A stretch of 64,000 nt of DNA from Rebecca billardiae RCC1528. Its lineage: Eukaryota > Protista > Haptophyta. The notes under the pieces are model-generated. The model had not been told where the DNA came from. It did not search any database and worked only from the letters and a program-made list of their open reading frames with translations. The stretch is from the NCBI GenBank assembly GCA_965240325.2, contig OZ251242.1:248001-312000 (forward strand), in the 5' to 3' direction. How positions within the stretch are numbered: position 1 is the stretch's first letter; each line of letters opens with the position of its first letter. The position numbers were made by a program, and so were the translations under genes. Below are positions 40,437-53,234 of the stretch, piece after piece.

Positions 40437-40747
40437 CTGACATATATGGCGGGCCGTATATATATATATATATATATGTAATTTATTTTTCATTTAGCAT
40501 ATATATATACTTATTCCCACTCCGCCAGCGCCTGAGCCTGACTGAGGCTGAGTCACTGACTCAGAGTGGCCCAGCGCGAATCTGGCGGAATCTGCGAGGG
40601 GCTATTTATTTCGTCACATCTTACGCAATATCTCACTGACACTGGGCATCCTGCATCCTAAGACTGAGACTCGCCGCGCGGAGCCGCCGCCGTCCACTCA
40701 GACACTCAGTCCAGACTCCGCGCGGTCCAGAGTTCAGACCCGCGCCG

Positions 40748-40915
40748 CCACCCGTCCCAGAAAGCCTCTGAGCCCGTCTTCGGCTCAGCGGGCTCAAAAA
40801 CTTCGGAGCGAGGGTTTTGAGCTCAGTGACTATGAAATGGGCTGGCTACGAATAGCTGCGGGTATTCGTATTTTTCAATACCAGGGGCCTTGATGTAGGG
40901 GGCTGGGACGGGTGG
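40748..40915. mobile_element. 168-bp MITE (TIR ccacccgtcccag), uninterrupted copy
   Basis: 13-bp TIR, with a homologous copy at 41396-41974. Confidence 0.8.
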
Positions 40916-41395
40916 TCGACCGCGACACTTGCCCTTGGCCCCTTTGACTTTCTCCGTCTCCGGACCGTCTCGACCAGTACCGTAATACTATTAGTTAGGG
41001 AAAAGGCAGAACGACATTAACAGCCTAGCTGCTCTGGCAGTCGGCCAGTTCGTCGAGGACGACATCTTCGGCCGACTAGGGACGCGTCGAGCTGCTCGGC
41101 GAGGCCCGGTGACGGGTCCGAGCATCCGTGACGGACTGGCGAACGTTGTGAGTCTACGGTGTAAGTGAGTGACGGTGACACGAGCCACCGGATGCGTCAC
41201 GCGGACCGAGTTGGGACGACGACTGCGCGCTCCGGCGGGCGCGCGCGCGGGTCCGCATATATTTTGGCCATCATATATTTAGGCAGCGCAATATCTGCAC
41301 ATCCGGAATAGGGGCCTAAGGCCATTGTTCAGCAGCCCCCCCCGCCCCCCCCCCGGACTGTCGGCACACAACCCGAACACGGTCCAGTAGAAATG

Positions 41396-41974
41396 CCACC
41401 CGTCCCAGAAAGCCCGTGAGCCCGTCTTCGGCTCAGCTAGCGATCCCGGTTCGTCGTATAAAAAGTTCGCGAACGGGTTCACGAACGGGCCTTGTTCGTT
41501 CAGGTTCGCGTTCGTTCGCCACATCGGCTGGCCTCCGGGCGAAGTTCGCGAACTCGCGAACCGGTTCGCGAACTACGCGAACCTGTTCGGGCCCCATCAC
41601 CATCAATCTGCCATATGTAAGCGGCCAATCTCAAGGTAATCTTGGGTCGATATTCCAATATGATTTCCGCCAAACCGGGAGAATATTCAATATTTAATCA
41701 AGTTTTCCTATTAAATCGAATAAATACTCGGTTCGCGTACGGTTCGCGAAAGTTTGCGAGCGTTCGCGAGAGGGCCGTGGTTCGCGAACCAAGGTTCGTG
41801 AGTTCGTTCGCGAGGCCAGATTACACGAACCGGGATCGCTAGGCCCGCTCAGCGGGCTCAAAACATTCCATATGGAATGTTTTGAGCTCAGTGATTATGA
41901 AATGGGCTGGGAACGAATGGCTGCGGGTATTTTCAAATACCAGCAGCCTTGATGTAGGGGGCTGGGACGGGTGG
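41396..41974. mobile_element. Second copy of the 168-bp MITE, interrupted by an insertion
   Basis: Same TIR and internal sequence as 40748-40915. Confidence 0.8.
41438..41841. mobile_element. hAT-like MITE with many sub-terminal (g)ttcgcgaa(c) palindromes
   Basis: 16-bp TIR tagcgatcccggttcg. Degenerate 8-bp TSD ggctcagc. The empty site is visible in the 40748 copy. Confidence 0.85.
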
Positions 41975-41996
41975 AGAATCGGCGAACGTGGACAGG

Positions 41997-43690
41997 ATGG
42001 GGTTTTGTGCCGTGCCGGCGAGCTCGCATTGCCGCTGCGCGCACCATGCTCCCCTCTTTGCTGACGTGCTGCCAGACGAGTACTACTTCATCACACCCGA
42101 ACAGTCTGCAGTGCTGATTCTCGCTCTCGCGCTTGTCTTGATCTCATGCCGAGTCGTCAACGCTGTCCGGGCGCGGGCAAAAGAAGAGTGCATTCTACCC
42201 GAAGGGGCGGCACGGTCGGACGCAGAGAGCCCGCCCTTGGCCTGTGTCAAGCCGCACGGGGAGGCACAAGCTGACGGCTCAACGGGCCCAACGCCATCCA
42301 CGGAGCCACACGTCGAGCTGCACGTCATCAATCATGCCAAGTTCTTTCTCAACGCAGCCATCTTCTGCCTCCACGCGCTCCAGTCGGTGTCGGGCATGAC
42401 GAAGACTGGGTGGCATGCTGCGTACGCGGCTTGGGTCACGTCGTTTGCCATGATCACGTTTGCTTTCCTGAGCGGGGTCGTCTCGAAGGGCGAGCTCACG
42501 CCAGAGCGAGCGCAGCGCGTGATGTCCACCACCATGGCAACCTACGTAGTGCTCAACACGATTTGGAACCTCAATTTGCGCTGGGCATACGCCGCGTTCA
42601 CGAGCGCGGACGCATCCGATGTGGCCGTGCAGCTGCCCAACTGGTCGCTCAGTAAGCCATACGTCGCGTGGTGCGTGTGCCTGCCTGCCCTGTGGCAGAG
42701 ATGGTTGCTCAGCAGCCCCTGCGCTGACCTCCGGAGCACTCCCCCACCGCGGCGCGCAGGTATCTGGAGTGCTGGATGACGTGGAAGATGCTGCTGCCGT
42801 TCCTGCGAACGGTGCCCGACCGGCGTGTGCTCCTCGGCCTCGCGTGCTTCATCTCGTGGTATGGCGGGTACTGGATGATCCCCCGCCTTGGCTCGTGGCA
42901 CGGGGATACAGTCATCGGCATGCTACCTGCATTTATCCTTGGTGTGATCACGCCGTACTCGGCGTTCACGCAAGTCCGCCCGCAGATCCGGGGTGCTGCG
43001 GCCGCGCTGCACTGCCTCTGGATCTGCATCTGCGTGTGGCTGGCGTACGGCTTGCCCGACGAATGCGACGCTCCGACGCACGGCGGCCACTTCACCGCTG
43101 TGAGCCTTTACACGTGGTCGAAGCGCATGTCCCACCGCAGCTACTTCTCAGCGGAGGCACTCAGCGAGATCTGCGCTCACCATCAGGTGGGGGGCGTCGA
43201 GCCAGTGCCCCTGCGCCAGGCGTGCCAGCTGCGGTATTACTACTGGTGGACCTCGCGTGCCGCGTACCACCTGCTCGCGCTGCTGGTCGGGGGCTCATTC
43301 GTGCTGCTCATGCCCAACCGGCCGACTGCCTTCTCTCGCAGTGGGCGGCACGTGCTGTATGCGTACCTGATGCAACAGCTGTGCTTCCTTCCCTACGTCG
43401 GGCGCCTGTTCAATGCGCTGGGCGTGCGTGCATGCGCATCGCCGCTCATGCTGGTGCTGATCGCAGGGCTGAGCGTGAGCGCCACCTACCTCCTGACCAC
43501 TGCACCGGTGAGGCGTGCGCTCTGCTTTGCGTTTGAGCCCACGTGGCTGAACTGGCTGTGGAAAAAGCCGTACAAGCCGCTGCCGCATGTGCGCTCGGCC
43601 GTTCTGCTATGTGCCCTCACCTGGCTCGCCAGTGAACATCTCGTGCCGTTCCTGAGAGCCCAGGCTGGCTGTGGTGCCAGGGGCGAGTAG
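41997..43690 (+). CDS. Acyltransferase-3 (OafA-like) multi-pass membrane O-acyltransferase; intron 42671-42759
   Basis: INHAKFFL...CLH, SFAMITFAFLSG, PYVAW|YL and SGRHVLYAYLMQ match the AT3 motif order. Many TM helices. The start is uncertain. Confidence 0.75.
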
Positions 43691-43886
43691 TTCGGCTGCA
43701 TGAGCGGTCACTGGCAGATCGGGCGGGGGCGCGGTAGTTGTAGTAACTACGACTACTAAGTGACTGTACACTAATTAAACTATACCGCGAGTAGTTATAT
43801 ACTTATATATATATATACGTAGTCATGTCACACACATCATATATTAACGACGTGGTATGCAACGGGCAGGCGTCAGAGTCATCATA

Positions 43887-46800
43887 TATACTTATATATA
43901 TCGCTGCGTTTTTCCACGGGCCGGTCCGCCAGACCGCGAAACAATTCACGCATTTTCAGAGCGAGTCGCGGCTCCGCCTTCCCATTGGTCGGTTGGGGGG
44001 GGATCGAAAAATGAGCGGTCGCCAAAGTGAGACATATTATCTCAATACCATCAGGCGAAAGACTGGAATCAGGAAGAAAACGAGCCAATGGTCGTCCCGG
44101 AAGGCATGATGGCTTGGCCGCAATCTCCTTAGCATCTCAGCAATCTTCGCTCCTTTTTTGTGTCCTTCTCCACCTCCACGAGGCCTGGACGAGATCGCTT
44201 GCGAGCGGAAGGGCTTCGGGTCGAGACTCGAGTAGAGCGCGTCAAAGCGAGGGAGCCGCTGGCTCGCTGGCTCCGTGAGGTTCAAGGCAGCTAGCCGCCG
44301 ACGCTGATGGCGAAGACGGCGGCTGGCCAAGGGCCGTAAGGGCACCCAACTCCCAGTGCGGCCAGCTCGGAGGTTGAGGTGCCTCTGTCTGTCTCGTGGC
44401 CTCGCGACTCGCGTCCGGCCGGCGTGCTTCAAACGCTGCGCGAGGGCGCGACGTCGAGCGCTCTGCCTGGATGACTGGCGGCGATGCCGAACCCGGACGG
44501 CTCGCCGCTGAGCGGCGCGGGTCAAGGCTCTCCTGACACGCGCGTGAGTCCGCCAGGCTCGCCTCTTTCGCCTCTCGGCCCGTGCAATCGGCAGTTGCCA
44601 ACGCGGCGCGCGAGCTCACTCGTGCCGTGCGCGCCAGCAGCAAACGGAGCGCTCGGGCTGCTTGCACCGGGCACGCAGGGGCAAGCGTGGGCGCCCGCCC
44701 GCACTTTGGCTTGTAGGCCCCTACGGGCAGCCTCCATGTCCGCCTGACTCACTTCCGTTCCCGGCGGTCGGCTGCTCGACTCGTCGCGCGTCCGGTGGCC
44801 TCAGCCGAGCTGCGCTCGGCTCGCCCCCACCTCCGCCTCCACCTCCGCCTCGCCATCAGCACTGTCCGCCTCGCCCGCCGCCCGCCGCCCGCCGCGCGCC
44901 GCCCGCCGCGGCGCCCCGTCATGCCCGCACCCTCGCCTCCCGCGTCTTCGGCGACGGGCCACTCACCGCGGGCACTCACGGAGGCGAGCACAACAGAGGC
45001 GCCCCAACCTCCGCACTGGGAGTTGGGTGCCCTTACGGCCCTTGGGCTGGCGATGGTCGCAACTCAAGTGGGATTGGGGATTGGAAGATGGGCTGAAAGA
45101 CCAGGCATCGTATTCAACTCCAGCCGACCAACACTGCAGCTCTGTGATGCGGGCCCGGCCACTGTACTGTACACGGCAGGCCCCGGGCTTGCGTCGCGCC
45201 GCAGGTTGGGGTCGCCGGCCTTCCTATAGGCGCTCACCACGGCTCTTGCGACGGTGACGGTGACATGGATGAAGACGATGGCGACGCCTTTCACCACGCT
45301 GCCTCTGCGTGGCCAGACTGGCTGCGCAGTCGATCGGCCGGATGCACATCAAAAGGGTGGTGGCGGGCCGGTCCGCGGCGGGCAAGCTCATCATGTCGTT
45401 AGGGCCTGGCGTCCGCGGCATGTGCCGTTTTCACCTCCCGCAGGTCGCATTTGAGCTGATGGAGTTATGCGGCGACGTCCTCAAGACCGGGCCAGATGAT
45501 CACAGCGTGGAGTGCAACGCTTGTTTTGCCGGGCGGTGAGCCGCGCGTGTTGATTCGCCGCGAATGATCGCTCGGCGACGACGACTACCGCTCGTCGACT
45601 ATACGGGATTACGGCCGCGTACGTACTGCTATAATAACGGCGGTATAACTATCGGACCGTGTAGTAGTACCGGCGGGCCGTGGCGCGCCGCCGAGTCGTG
45701 CCGATTCCAGGACGTTATTTCGCCTATTCGTTCCGACGACTCATCCGACGTCGGCGGCCCGCGCGCGCATGTTAGCCCGTTATTATTACTCGTCGTTGTT
45801 CACCTACTTCCTGAACTCCTCATCCCGATCCGAGTCCGACTCAGAAGTCAGTGTCAGATCCGGGCGCTGCGCCATCAGTGCGGGCGGCGTCACCACTTCT
45901 GTCGCCGCCGGCGGAACGTCTCCGCCGCCGGTCGGACCGGCGCTAGAAGTCGTAGATGAATTGCTGGCGCTGTTGCTAGATCCGAGTATCCGTCAGACGT
46001 GATGGCACCGTGTCCCGTGATGGGACATGAGTCTGGTCCGGCGGCGGCACTCGCCAATCGCGAAAGTTCGACACGCGGTGACTGCATGCTCTGATGATGA
46101 TCGTCATCTGTATATTGAGTGACTGGCGGGCAGCAGAGTGACGACGACGCCCACCGCGCTGTCGTCCGTCTAGTGCCAAGCTCCCAAGAGTCGTCGCGGG
46201 CCTTTGACGCGGGGCGCCGTGCGCACCGGCGCTGCAATAACTCGCCAACTCGGCATCGTCACGAGTCTGCACGGGCCTCGGCCGATTTGGTGAACCCAGC
46301 GGCGTGCACTGCCGCGAGCGTGCTGCCCGGGCTGACCTTGGATTCGATGCCAGAGTGATAAGACATGACAATTCCATAGTCTGTGCTTGCCCTCCCCACT
46401 ACCCGCGTACGCCGCGAGTGCCTCCGTACGAGTTCATGGCCGCGTAGAACGGCGCACCGTGCGGCGGGCGACGAGGCCGCACTCGTGAGCTGCATGCTGC
46501 ATCCAGGCAACGCCTTGGACGCGTACCTGTGCTTCCTGAGAAGGCGGGCCTCACGCCTGGCTGCGCTGGTGTCGGTGGACGCCCTGAGCTTCACCGCAGC
46601 CAGCCCACCCTGGGCGTCGACAACCTTGTTTACAAACCGTGCCGTGCAGGAGCCCGCTCCCACAAGCTGCTCTCACAGTGAGCCGCAGCTGGGACATCCA
46701 TCTGTTCGGCCTCCTCGCTGGGGAGCGTCAGGTCGAGCGCCGGAACTTCCGACTTGCGCGAGCCCAGCAGCCGGCCGAGCGGCGCCCAGCCGCGCGCGCT

Positions 46801-47366
46801 CTCCCCCTCCGCGCGGCGCAGCGTGAATGAAGGCGGGCGCGCACGACGTTGATTGAGAAAGAGCTCCTCCTCCTGCACGCGCAGGCTCCACAGCACAAGC
46901 GCGCCCGATGCGAAGAGGAAAGCATCGAAGGGTGCGGGCAGCGCGTGCTCGTCGCGCTCCCACTGAGAGCACGACGTGGGCAACGTGAACGTCACGTGCC
47001 GACGGGCGTCGGTCAGACGACGTGGACGGGAGGCGAGCAGCGCGGCGGAGGAGACGTGGGTGCCAGTGAGCGTGCACGGCGCGGACGGCTCCCCGCCGCA
47101 GGGCGGCGTCGTGTGCTCGCCCGCCGGCCGCCTCTCTAGGATCCTCAGAATCCTCAGAAGTCCGCCTCGCCGGGCCGCGTTGAGAGCCCCAACTGAAAAC
47201 TCCCAAGGGGGGCTTCCAGGTCTTGCATCTGAAGACCACGATCTCCGTCCGATCTTCGTTTAGTCTATTGGTGCGACGAAGCAGGAATATGATTTTCTTT
47301 TGTCCTCCGCGTGTCGATCTCGCCGGCTCGCAAGCCAAGCCTTTCAGAAACGCGGCGATAAGTATA
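43887..47366. mobile_element. Decayed TIR element of about 3.5 kb
   Basis: Imperfect TIR tatacttat..cgc[t/c]gcgttt at both ends in TA context. The interior has only broken ORFs and contains a P-like MITE. Confidence 0.45.
44328..45044. mobile_element. P-superfamily non-autonomous element (717 bp)
   Basis: TIR caagggccgtaagggcacccaactcccagtgcgg. 7-bp TSD ggctggc at 44321-27 and 45045-51. Confidence 0.9.
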
Positions 47367-48102
47367 TACAGGCCCGCGCAGGGTAGTCCCCGCTGACAAC
47401 GCCGGCGATTGTTCGTCGTCAGACGTAATTCACGATGATGACTATCAGTAGTATTAGACACTGCTATATATATATTATATATATACTACACTAGTCGGCT
47501 AGTAATTAATAATATTAAAATTAACTGTACTGCTGTGATCATCATGCATCTAACTAATCGAATTTTGAGACTGCTGACTACGGCTGCTGAGTGGGCGATG
47601 ACACAAGAGTGCGCTAACGGGTAAACGGCACGACCACCCTTTCTTTCTATTTGCTACAGAGTCAGCAATGGCGGGCTCAGTCGCCGTGTGGCGCGGCGGC
47701 GCGCGGCCCGGAGAGCCGCTGGCGAGTCGGCCGCACGGACGGCACGAGTGCGCGCGCACTCTCGGGTCAAAGGCGGACGGAGGCGGCCGCGATGGGAGGC
47801 ATGACCCGCGAGCCCGAACGAGCGTAGGCGAGGCAGAGCTCAGCCGCCCCATGTCTTGGCGCACGCCATGCGGCTGGCGTCGCTGCGCGCGCGTGTTCGC
47901 GCGCTGATGGCTGCGACGCGATGGCGGCCGGCCGCCGCGAAAACGTCCGTACTGATCGACTCCGCAGCCCGCCGTGTACGACTCCAACCACGGCGGCGAT
48001 GGCTGGTCGGTGGCCCGCGACTGCAGAGCGTCAACTGCTCGACCCTGCCGCGCGGGCGGTACCGCCACCGGCTGCGATGTCGTGATGAGTCGATCGTCAG
48101 GA

Positions 48103-48870
48103 TCACGGCTCGCCGTCCCCGCCGCTCGAGCGCAGTGTGAAGAGCGCCGCTGCGCCGGCGATCGCGACGACTGCGTCGAGGGCGCCGTTGACGAGCTCCG
48201 CCTGCGGCGCGCCATCAAAGGTGAAGTAGTGCCACAGGCTCACGCCGCCGTTGTACACGCCGAGCGCGAGCGCGACGCCCGCGACCGAGCGCGCCGCGCT
48301 CGAGCGCAGCGCCTCGCCGCGCCCCTTCCCGCTCAGCTTGTCCTCCAGGGCGGCAACGTTGGCCATGTCGTCGCGCACGCGCGCCTGCGAGGCGAGCATG
48401 TCCTTGCGCAGCGCGGCGGTCTTGCGGTTGTACTCGTTCATCGCCGCGAGCTTCTGCTCCGCCATCCCCTCCGAGATGCGCTCGGCCAGCACCGCCGACA
48501 CATTGGCGTAGTCAGCGTTGATCTCCGAGCCCAGCGTCGTCAGCAGGGTCGCGCCGCGCGCGCGCATGGCCTCGAGGTCGGCGTCGGTGACGTTGAGCTC
48601 GGAGGCGCCGCGCCGCTTGAGCTGGTCGATCACCGCGTCCAGCTCGTTCACCAGCATCAGGCTCATGTCGTCCTCCGGCTCGAGGCGGCTGTCGCTGCCG
48701 GCGGGGCCATCCGGCGGCGCGCTCGCGCGCACGCGGCTTGCTGCACAAGCTGGCGCGTGGCGGACGGCGAGGCGGGAGCGCATGAGTGCGCGCGCGCCAT
48801 CGAGGCCAAAGGACGCGCCCGGCGTCGCCGCGAGCAAGGCGAGCGCCGCCGCCCAGAGCGGGGTGTGCAT
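48103..48870 (-). CDS. Probable plastid-targeted coiled-coil protein with two C-terminal TM helices
   Basis: Signal peptide ending GAS-F, Arg/Ala/Ser-rich transit segment, helical middle and hydrophobic C-terminal pair. Confidence 0.7.
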   Translation of the reverse strand: MHTPLWAAALALLAATPGASFGLDGARALMRSRLAVRHAPACAASRVRASAPPDGPAGSDSRLEPEDDMSLMLVNELDAVIDQLKRRGASELNVTDADLEAMRARGATLLTTLGSEINADYANVSAVLAERISEGMAEQKLAAMNEYNRKTAALRKDMLASQARVRDDMANVAALEDKLSGKGRGEALRSSAARSVAGVALALGVYNGGVSLWHYFTFDGAPQAELVNGALDAVVAIAGAAALFTLRSSGGDGEP

Positions 48871-49165
48871 GCGCGCGCGTCCGCCTGCTGTGCGGCCTGC
48901 CGCCCTCATCGTCGCTTGATGATGGCTTGCGAGCGCGGCGCGCGGCCGTCCGGTAACTCGGTATGGGCGTAAGACGTTTCCGAAAATCGATATGATCACG
49001 GGCGAAAGTGGGCCGCAGTTTTCAGGGGAGAGACGAGGGACGAGGCCGTTTTATTGTTTTTTTCCCGCGCCTTTGCTGACTTCGCTGCACCCCGTCTGGG
49101 GGCGCCGTCGTCTGCGTCAGTCAGACGTCAGCAAAGTTACGGTCGGAGAGATCAGAGACCAGCTG

Positions 49166-52100
49166 TCATCGGTCGCTGGCGCCGGCCGCGACGGCGGCCA
49201 CGCGAACGGCGGGCGAAGCCGGCGTCGTGGCGTAGAGCACGCCACCGCCGCCAGACACGCCGCCTGTGCTGTGCCGCCGCCCGCCGCCGGGCATCGGCGT
49301 TCCGACGCGCACCTCGGCAACGCGGGCGTCAACGCCGTGAAGTCCGTGAGCGCGCGCCTCAGCAGTCTGCCGCTGCGCGCCGCCAACGCCGTGCGCGGCA
49401 GCGGCAGCAGCTGCGGCAGCTGTCGGCGCTGGTGCCGCCGGCGCCACAGCAGGCGGGGGCATGCTGGCGGCGCGTGCGACCGACGCGCCACTCGCCGCCA
49501 TCGGCGCGCGCGCCATACCCCGCTGCCACGGGCGCAGCTCAGCGCCGCCGCGCGCCGCGCTGGAGCTCACCTTGCTTCCGCTGCCCTCGGCCGCTGCCGA
49601 GCCGGCGCGCGCCGCCGGCGCTCCGCCGCGCTCGGCGCGCGCCGCAGGGTGTGCGCTGTCTGCACCCGGTGCACCGGGTGCCACCCCGGCGCCAGCGGCC
49701 GCTCCGAACGCCTCGGCGAGGCTGAGGCTGACCCTCCGGGTGGCACGGCCGGACGCCGGCGCGGCTGGCGACGACTGCTGCGCGCCCGCGGCCGGCGGCA
49801 GCGGCAGTGATTGGGCGAGGGCCAGCGGGGGGTCCGCCCGGGACAGCGGCCGCGGCCGCGGCACCGGCGAGAGCGCAGCAGAGCTGCCGACGGCTGCCGC
49901 CGTGCCAGGCGGCGTCCGCGGCGGTGGCGGCGGCGTCCGCTGCGCCGCCTGTTGCGGCGGCGTCTGTGGCGTGTGCGGCGGCGCCCGAGCGCTGCCAGCC
50001 GCGCGCCTGGCTCCGCCCGGCGGCGTGTCCGGCGGCGCTGCTGTGGCGCCGCCGCCCGCGGCGCGATGCTGCGCTGCCATCGCGAGGGCGCGCCTCGGCA
50101 AGCCAAGAGCGGGCGGCCCGGCGGCGGCGGCGGCAGCGTCGGCCGCTCGCCGTGCGGAGGACGCAGGCTCGCTCTGCCGTCGGCGCAGCGGTGGTAGCTC
50201 CGCCGCCGCCGGCGGCGCGTCAGGGACTGGGCATGCGCCAGCCGCCGCCGCCGCCGCCGCGCACGCGCCGCCGCGCGCAGTGGCGGTGGCGCCGCCGCCG
50301 CCAGCGCGCGCCGCCGCGCCCGGCTGCGGCGACGCGCGCCCAGCCTCCGCCTTCGCCGCCGTCTTCGCGCGCGCCGCCGCCGCCGGCGGCGAGTGCTGTG
50401 TGGCAGGCTTGAGCGCGCGCGCGGGCGCGGCCGGCGCTGGGTCGATGCCGTTCAGAGCGGCGATTACGTCGAGGACTCGGCGGTACCGGAGCTGGTCGCC
50501 CTGCAGGAAGGGCGGCAGCACGACGCGCGAGCGGCCGGTGCGGAGCACGCGCCGCGCGCGGTCCATGTCCGCGAGCGAGAGCCGCGCGGAGCACAGCAGC
50601 CGGAAGTCGAGGCTCCAGCGGCGGCGGAGCAGCGCAACGGCTCCGTCGAGGTACGCCTGGTCCTTGGCGAAGCTTCCGGGAACTTTCGTGTCCACCAGCC
50701 CGCGCTTCACCCGGACGGCCTCGCGCCACCGCTCCGCCGGGCACGGCACGAACCGAGCCAGCTCGCGCCACAGCGCGGCGAACCCGACGTGGGCCGCGCG
50801 CGCCGCCGCCCAGTAGTGCAAGCATGGCCGCCACAGCAGCGCATCTGCGGCCGCGTCGGCGTCGGCGGCCGCGCCGCCGCCGCCGCCGCCTGCGGCCGCG
50901 CCGCCGGCCGCCGCCGCCGCCGCCGCCGACGGCGCGTCCGCGCCGCCCGCCGGCGGCTGCCGCCGCGCCGCCGCGCCGCCCGCCGGCGTCGCCGCGGCCG
51001 CCGCGACGAAGGGCACCGCCGCCGCGAAGACGGTGTGCAGTGCAGCGAGTCCCTCCTCCGTCGCCAGGAGCTCGCGACTGGCCGCGCCGCTAAGTCCGTA
51101 CGCCTCTCGGGCGCGGGCGCTCGCGGCCCAGGGCTGCGCGCCGTCGTTGACCCACCTGAGGAGGTGCGTGCCGACCTCGTGGTCGAGCACGCAGCCGAGC
51201 TCGGCGAGCGTCTCGAACGGGCCGCACAGCAGCAGCTGCGCACGCCACGGGGCGCCGGGGCGGGCGGGCGAGGGGTGCGGTGCGATGAGCGCGCGCGCGG
51301 CGGTCGGCGCGCGCAGTGCGCAGCTGCTGCTCGCTGGCCTCAGCACGAGGAGAAAGCCCCGCGTGCGCGCGTCTATGCGCCCGCGTCCGCGCGTCCCTCA
51401 GGCCGGCCCATCGCCGCGCGCGGCAGCACCACCCACCGCCTAGCAGCCCCGACCGCCGCCCATCACACGCACTGAACAGGCGGTGGGCGCGCCGAGCGTG
51501 GCTGGCGCGCGCGCGATCGCGCGTAGTTGCGGCGCTCGGGCGGCGCAGCGCAGCGCGCACGTGGTAGTGGCCGCGCCCGCGGCGCAAAATGCGGATGCCG
51601 TGGCCGGACTGCGCGGAGGCGGCGGCGTCGAGGTAGGCGACCGACAGGCGGAGCGGGCCACCGCCCGCGCCGGCGGCGCTCGCCGGCGGCAGCGCAGCCG
51701 AACCACTGAGCGCGCCGGCTGCGTCAGCGGCTGTGTCCGCGCCCGCGCCCGCGCCGGCGGCGGCCGCGGCGGCCGGTGCGGCGGCCGACGAGCCCAGCGC
51801 GCCAGCCGCCGCCCATGGCTCGGCGCCGCCCTCGGCGCCGTCGTCGCGCTCGGCGGCGCCGGCCCCACTGCGCCGACCGCTGGCGGCGCTGCCGCCGCCG
51901 CTCCCGCCGCCCGCGCCCTCGCCCGCACCGCCGCCCGCGGCGCGCTCGCGCGAGCTCGGCTTGGCGGCAGCGGTGCGCGCGGGCTCGTACAGCGCGCCCT
52001 CCAGCCCGAGGCGCCCCACGTACGTGCGCACCGCGCGCAGCACCGCCGCCTCGCCCAGCGGCACCGGCACAGGTCCCTTCCTGGCCTCGGCGCGCCGCGC

Positions 52101-53234
52101 CTGCGCCGCCGCCCAGCGAGTTAGGACGGTCTCAGCGAGGGCGAGGTGCTCGGTGGAGGGCGCGGAGTGCGCGAGCCACGCGCGCGTGAGCGACGGGTCG
52201 AAGCCCTCGTCCGCGCCCGCCACGCCGCTCTCGCCCTCCTCGCCCTCCGCGCCCACGACAACCACCACATCCGCGCCGCCGTCAGCACTCGGCGCGCCAC
52301 CGCCGCCGCCGCCGCCACCCGCCGCCGCTGCCTCGGCATCCGCGTCGGCTGCGAGCTCATCCGCGCTCGGCGGCGGGGCGTACCGGAACACCGGGTCGGC
52401 GTCCACGCCGTTCGGGTTCGCGAGGAACGCCGCGCGCGCCTCCGCGTGATTCGTCGGCACAAGCCTTGCCACGAGGCACGGAGCGCGCCGTGCCCAGGCC
52501 CTGGGCCCAGTGGCGCCGCCGCCGCCGCGCGGCGATGTAGGCGGCGACGCGTCGGCGTCGGCGAGGGCGGCACCACCCATGCCACCGCCACCGCGAGCGC
52601 CCAGCGCGTGCGCGCGCGTGGCCACGTGTGACGCCGTCGCAGGTGGCGCTCTAGTCATTTGGCGCGCTGGCGCCGTCGCCGAGAGCGAGGGCGCGCCGTG
52701 CGCGGGCGGCGTGCGCGGGGGCGAGCCCTCCGGCCGCGCGGTCTTCGCCGTCCTTGGCGCAGGTGCCACCGTCGCCGGCGGCGTGAGCGGCGACGTCGTC
52801 GGCGCCGCCCCCGCAGGGCTGGTCAGGCTCCGGGCGATGGATGCGGCGGCGGCAGCGACGGCGCGCGCGCCCGATGCGGGCGGCGCCGTCGCAGCGAGCG
52901 CGGCGGGCGAGGTGGCCGACGCGGCGGGCTCGATGCAGATCGTCGAAGTCACGCGCGGTGGCATGGGCGTACGCGGGCGCTCGGCGCGTTTCAGCGGCCT
53001 GGGCGCGCCGGCAGCGGGCGGCGCCGCGCCTGCACCTGCACCCGCGCCGCCGCGCACGGCCGCAGCAGCGTGCGCAAGCCAGGCCGCGCGCGCTCCGGAG
53101 GGCAGCGTGCGGCCATCATCGGCACGTGCGTTGACGACGAGAGGCAGCGCCGTGTCGAGCAGCCGGTCCGTGCTCGGCGAGCTGCCGACGCCGCGTGGCG
53201 CCGACGGCGACAGGACGCTCGGGGCGGCTGCCAT
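49166..53234 (-). CDS. MATCAP/KIAA0895-family (DUF1704) tubulin tyrosine carboxypeptidase-like metallopeptidase; probable intron 51236-51560
   Basis: LVPTNHAEARAAF...DPVFRY, VLDHEVGTHLLRWVN (HExxxH), ATEEGLAALH, RVKRGLVDT..PGSFAKDQAYLDGA. Confidence 0.85.

Noticed and set aside
41438-41841. CRISPR-like array
   Set aside because: Motifs are short, irregularly spaced and inside a TIR element. The context is eukaryotic with no cas genes.
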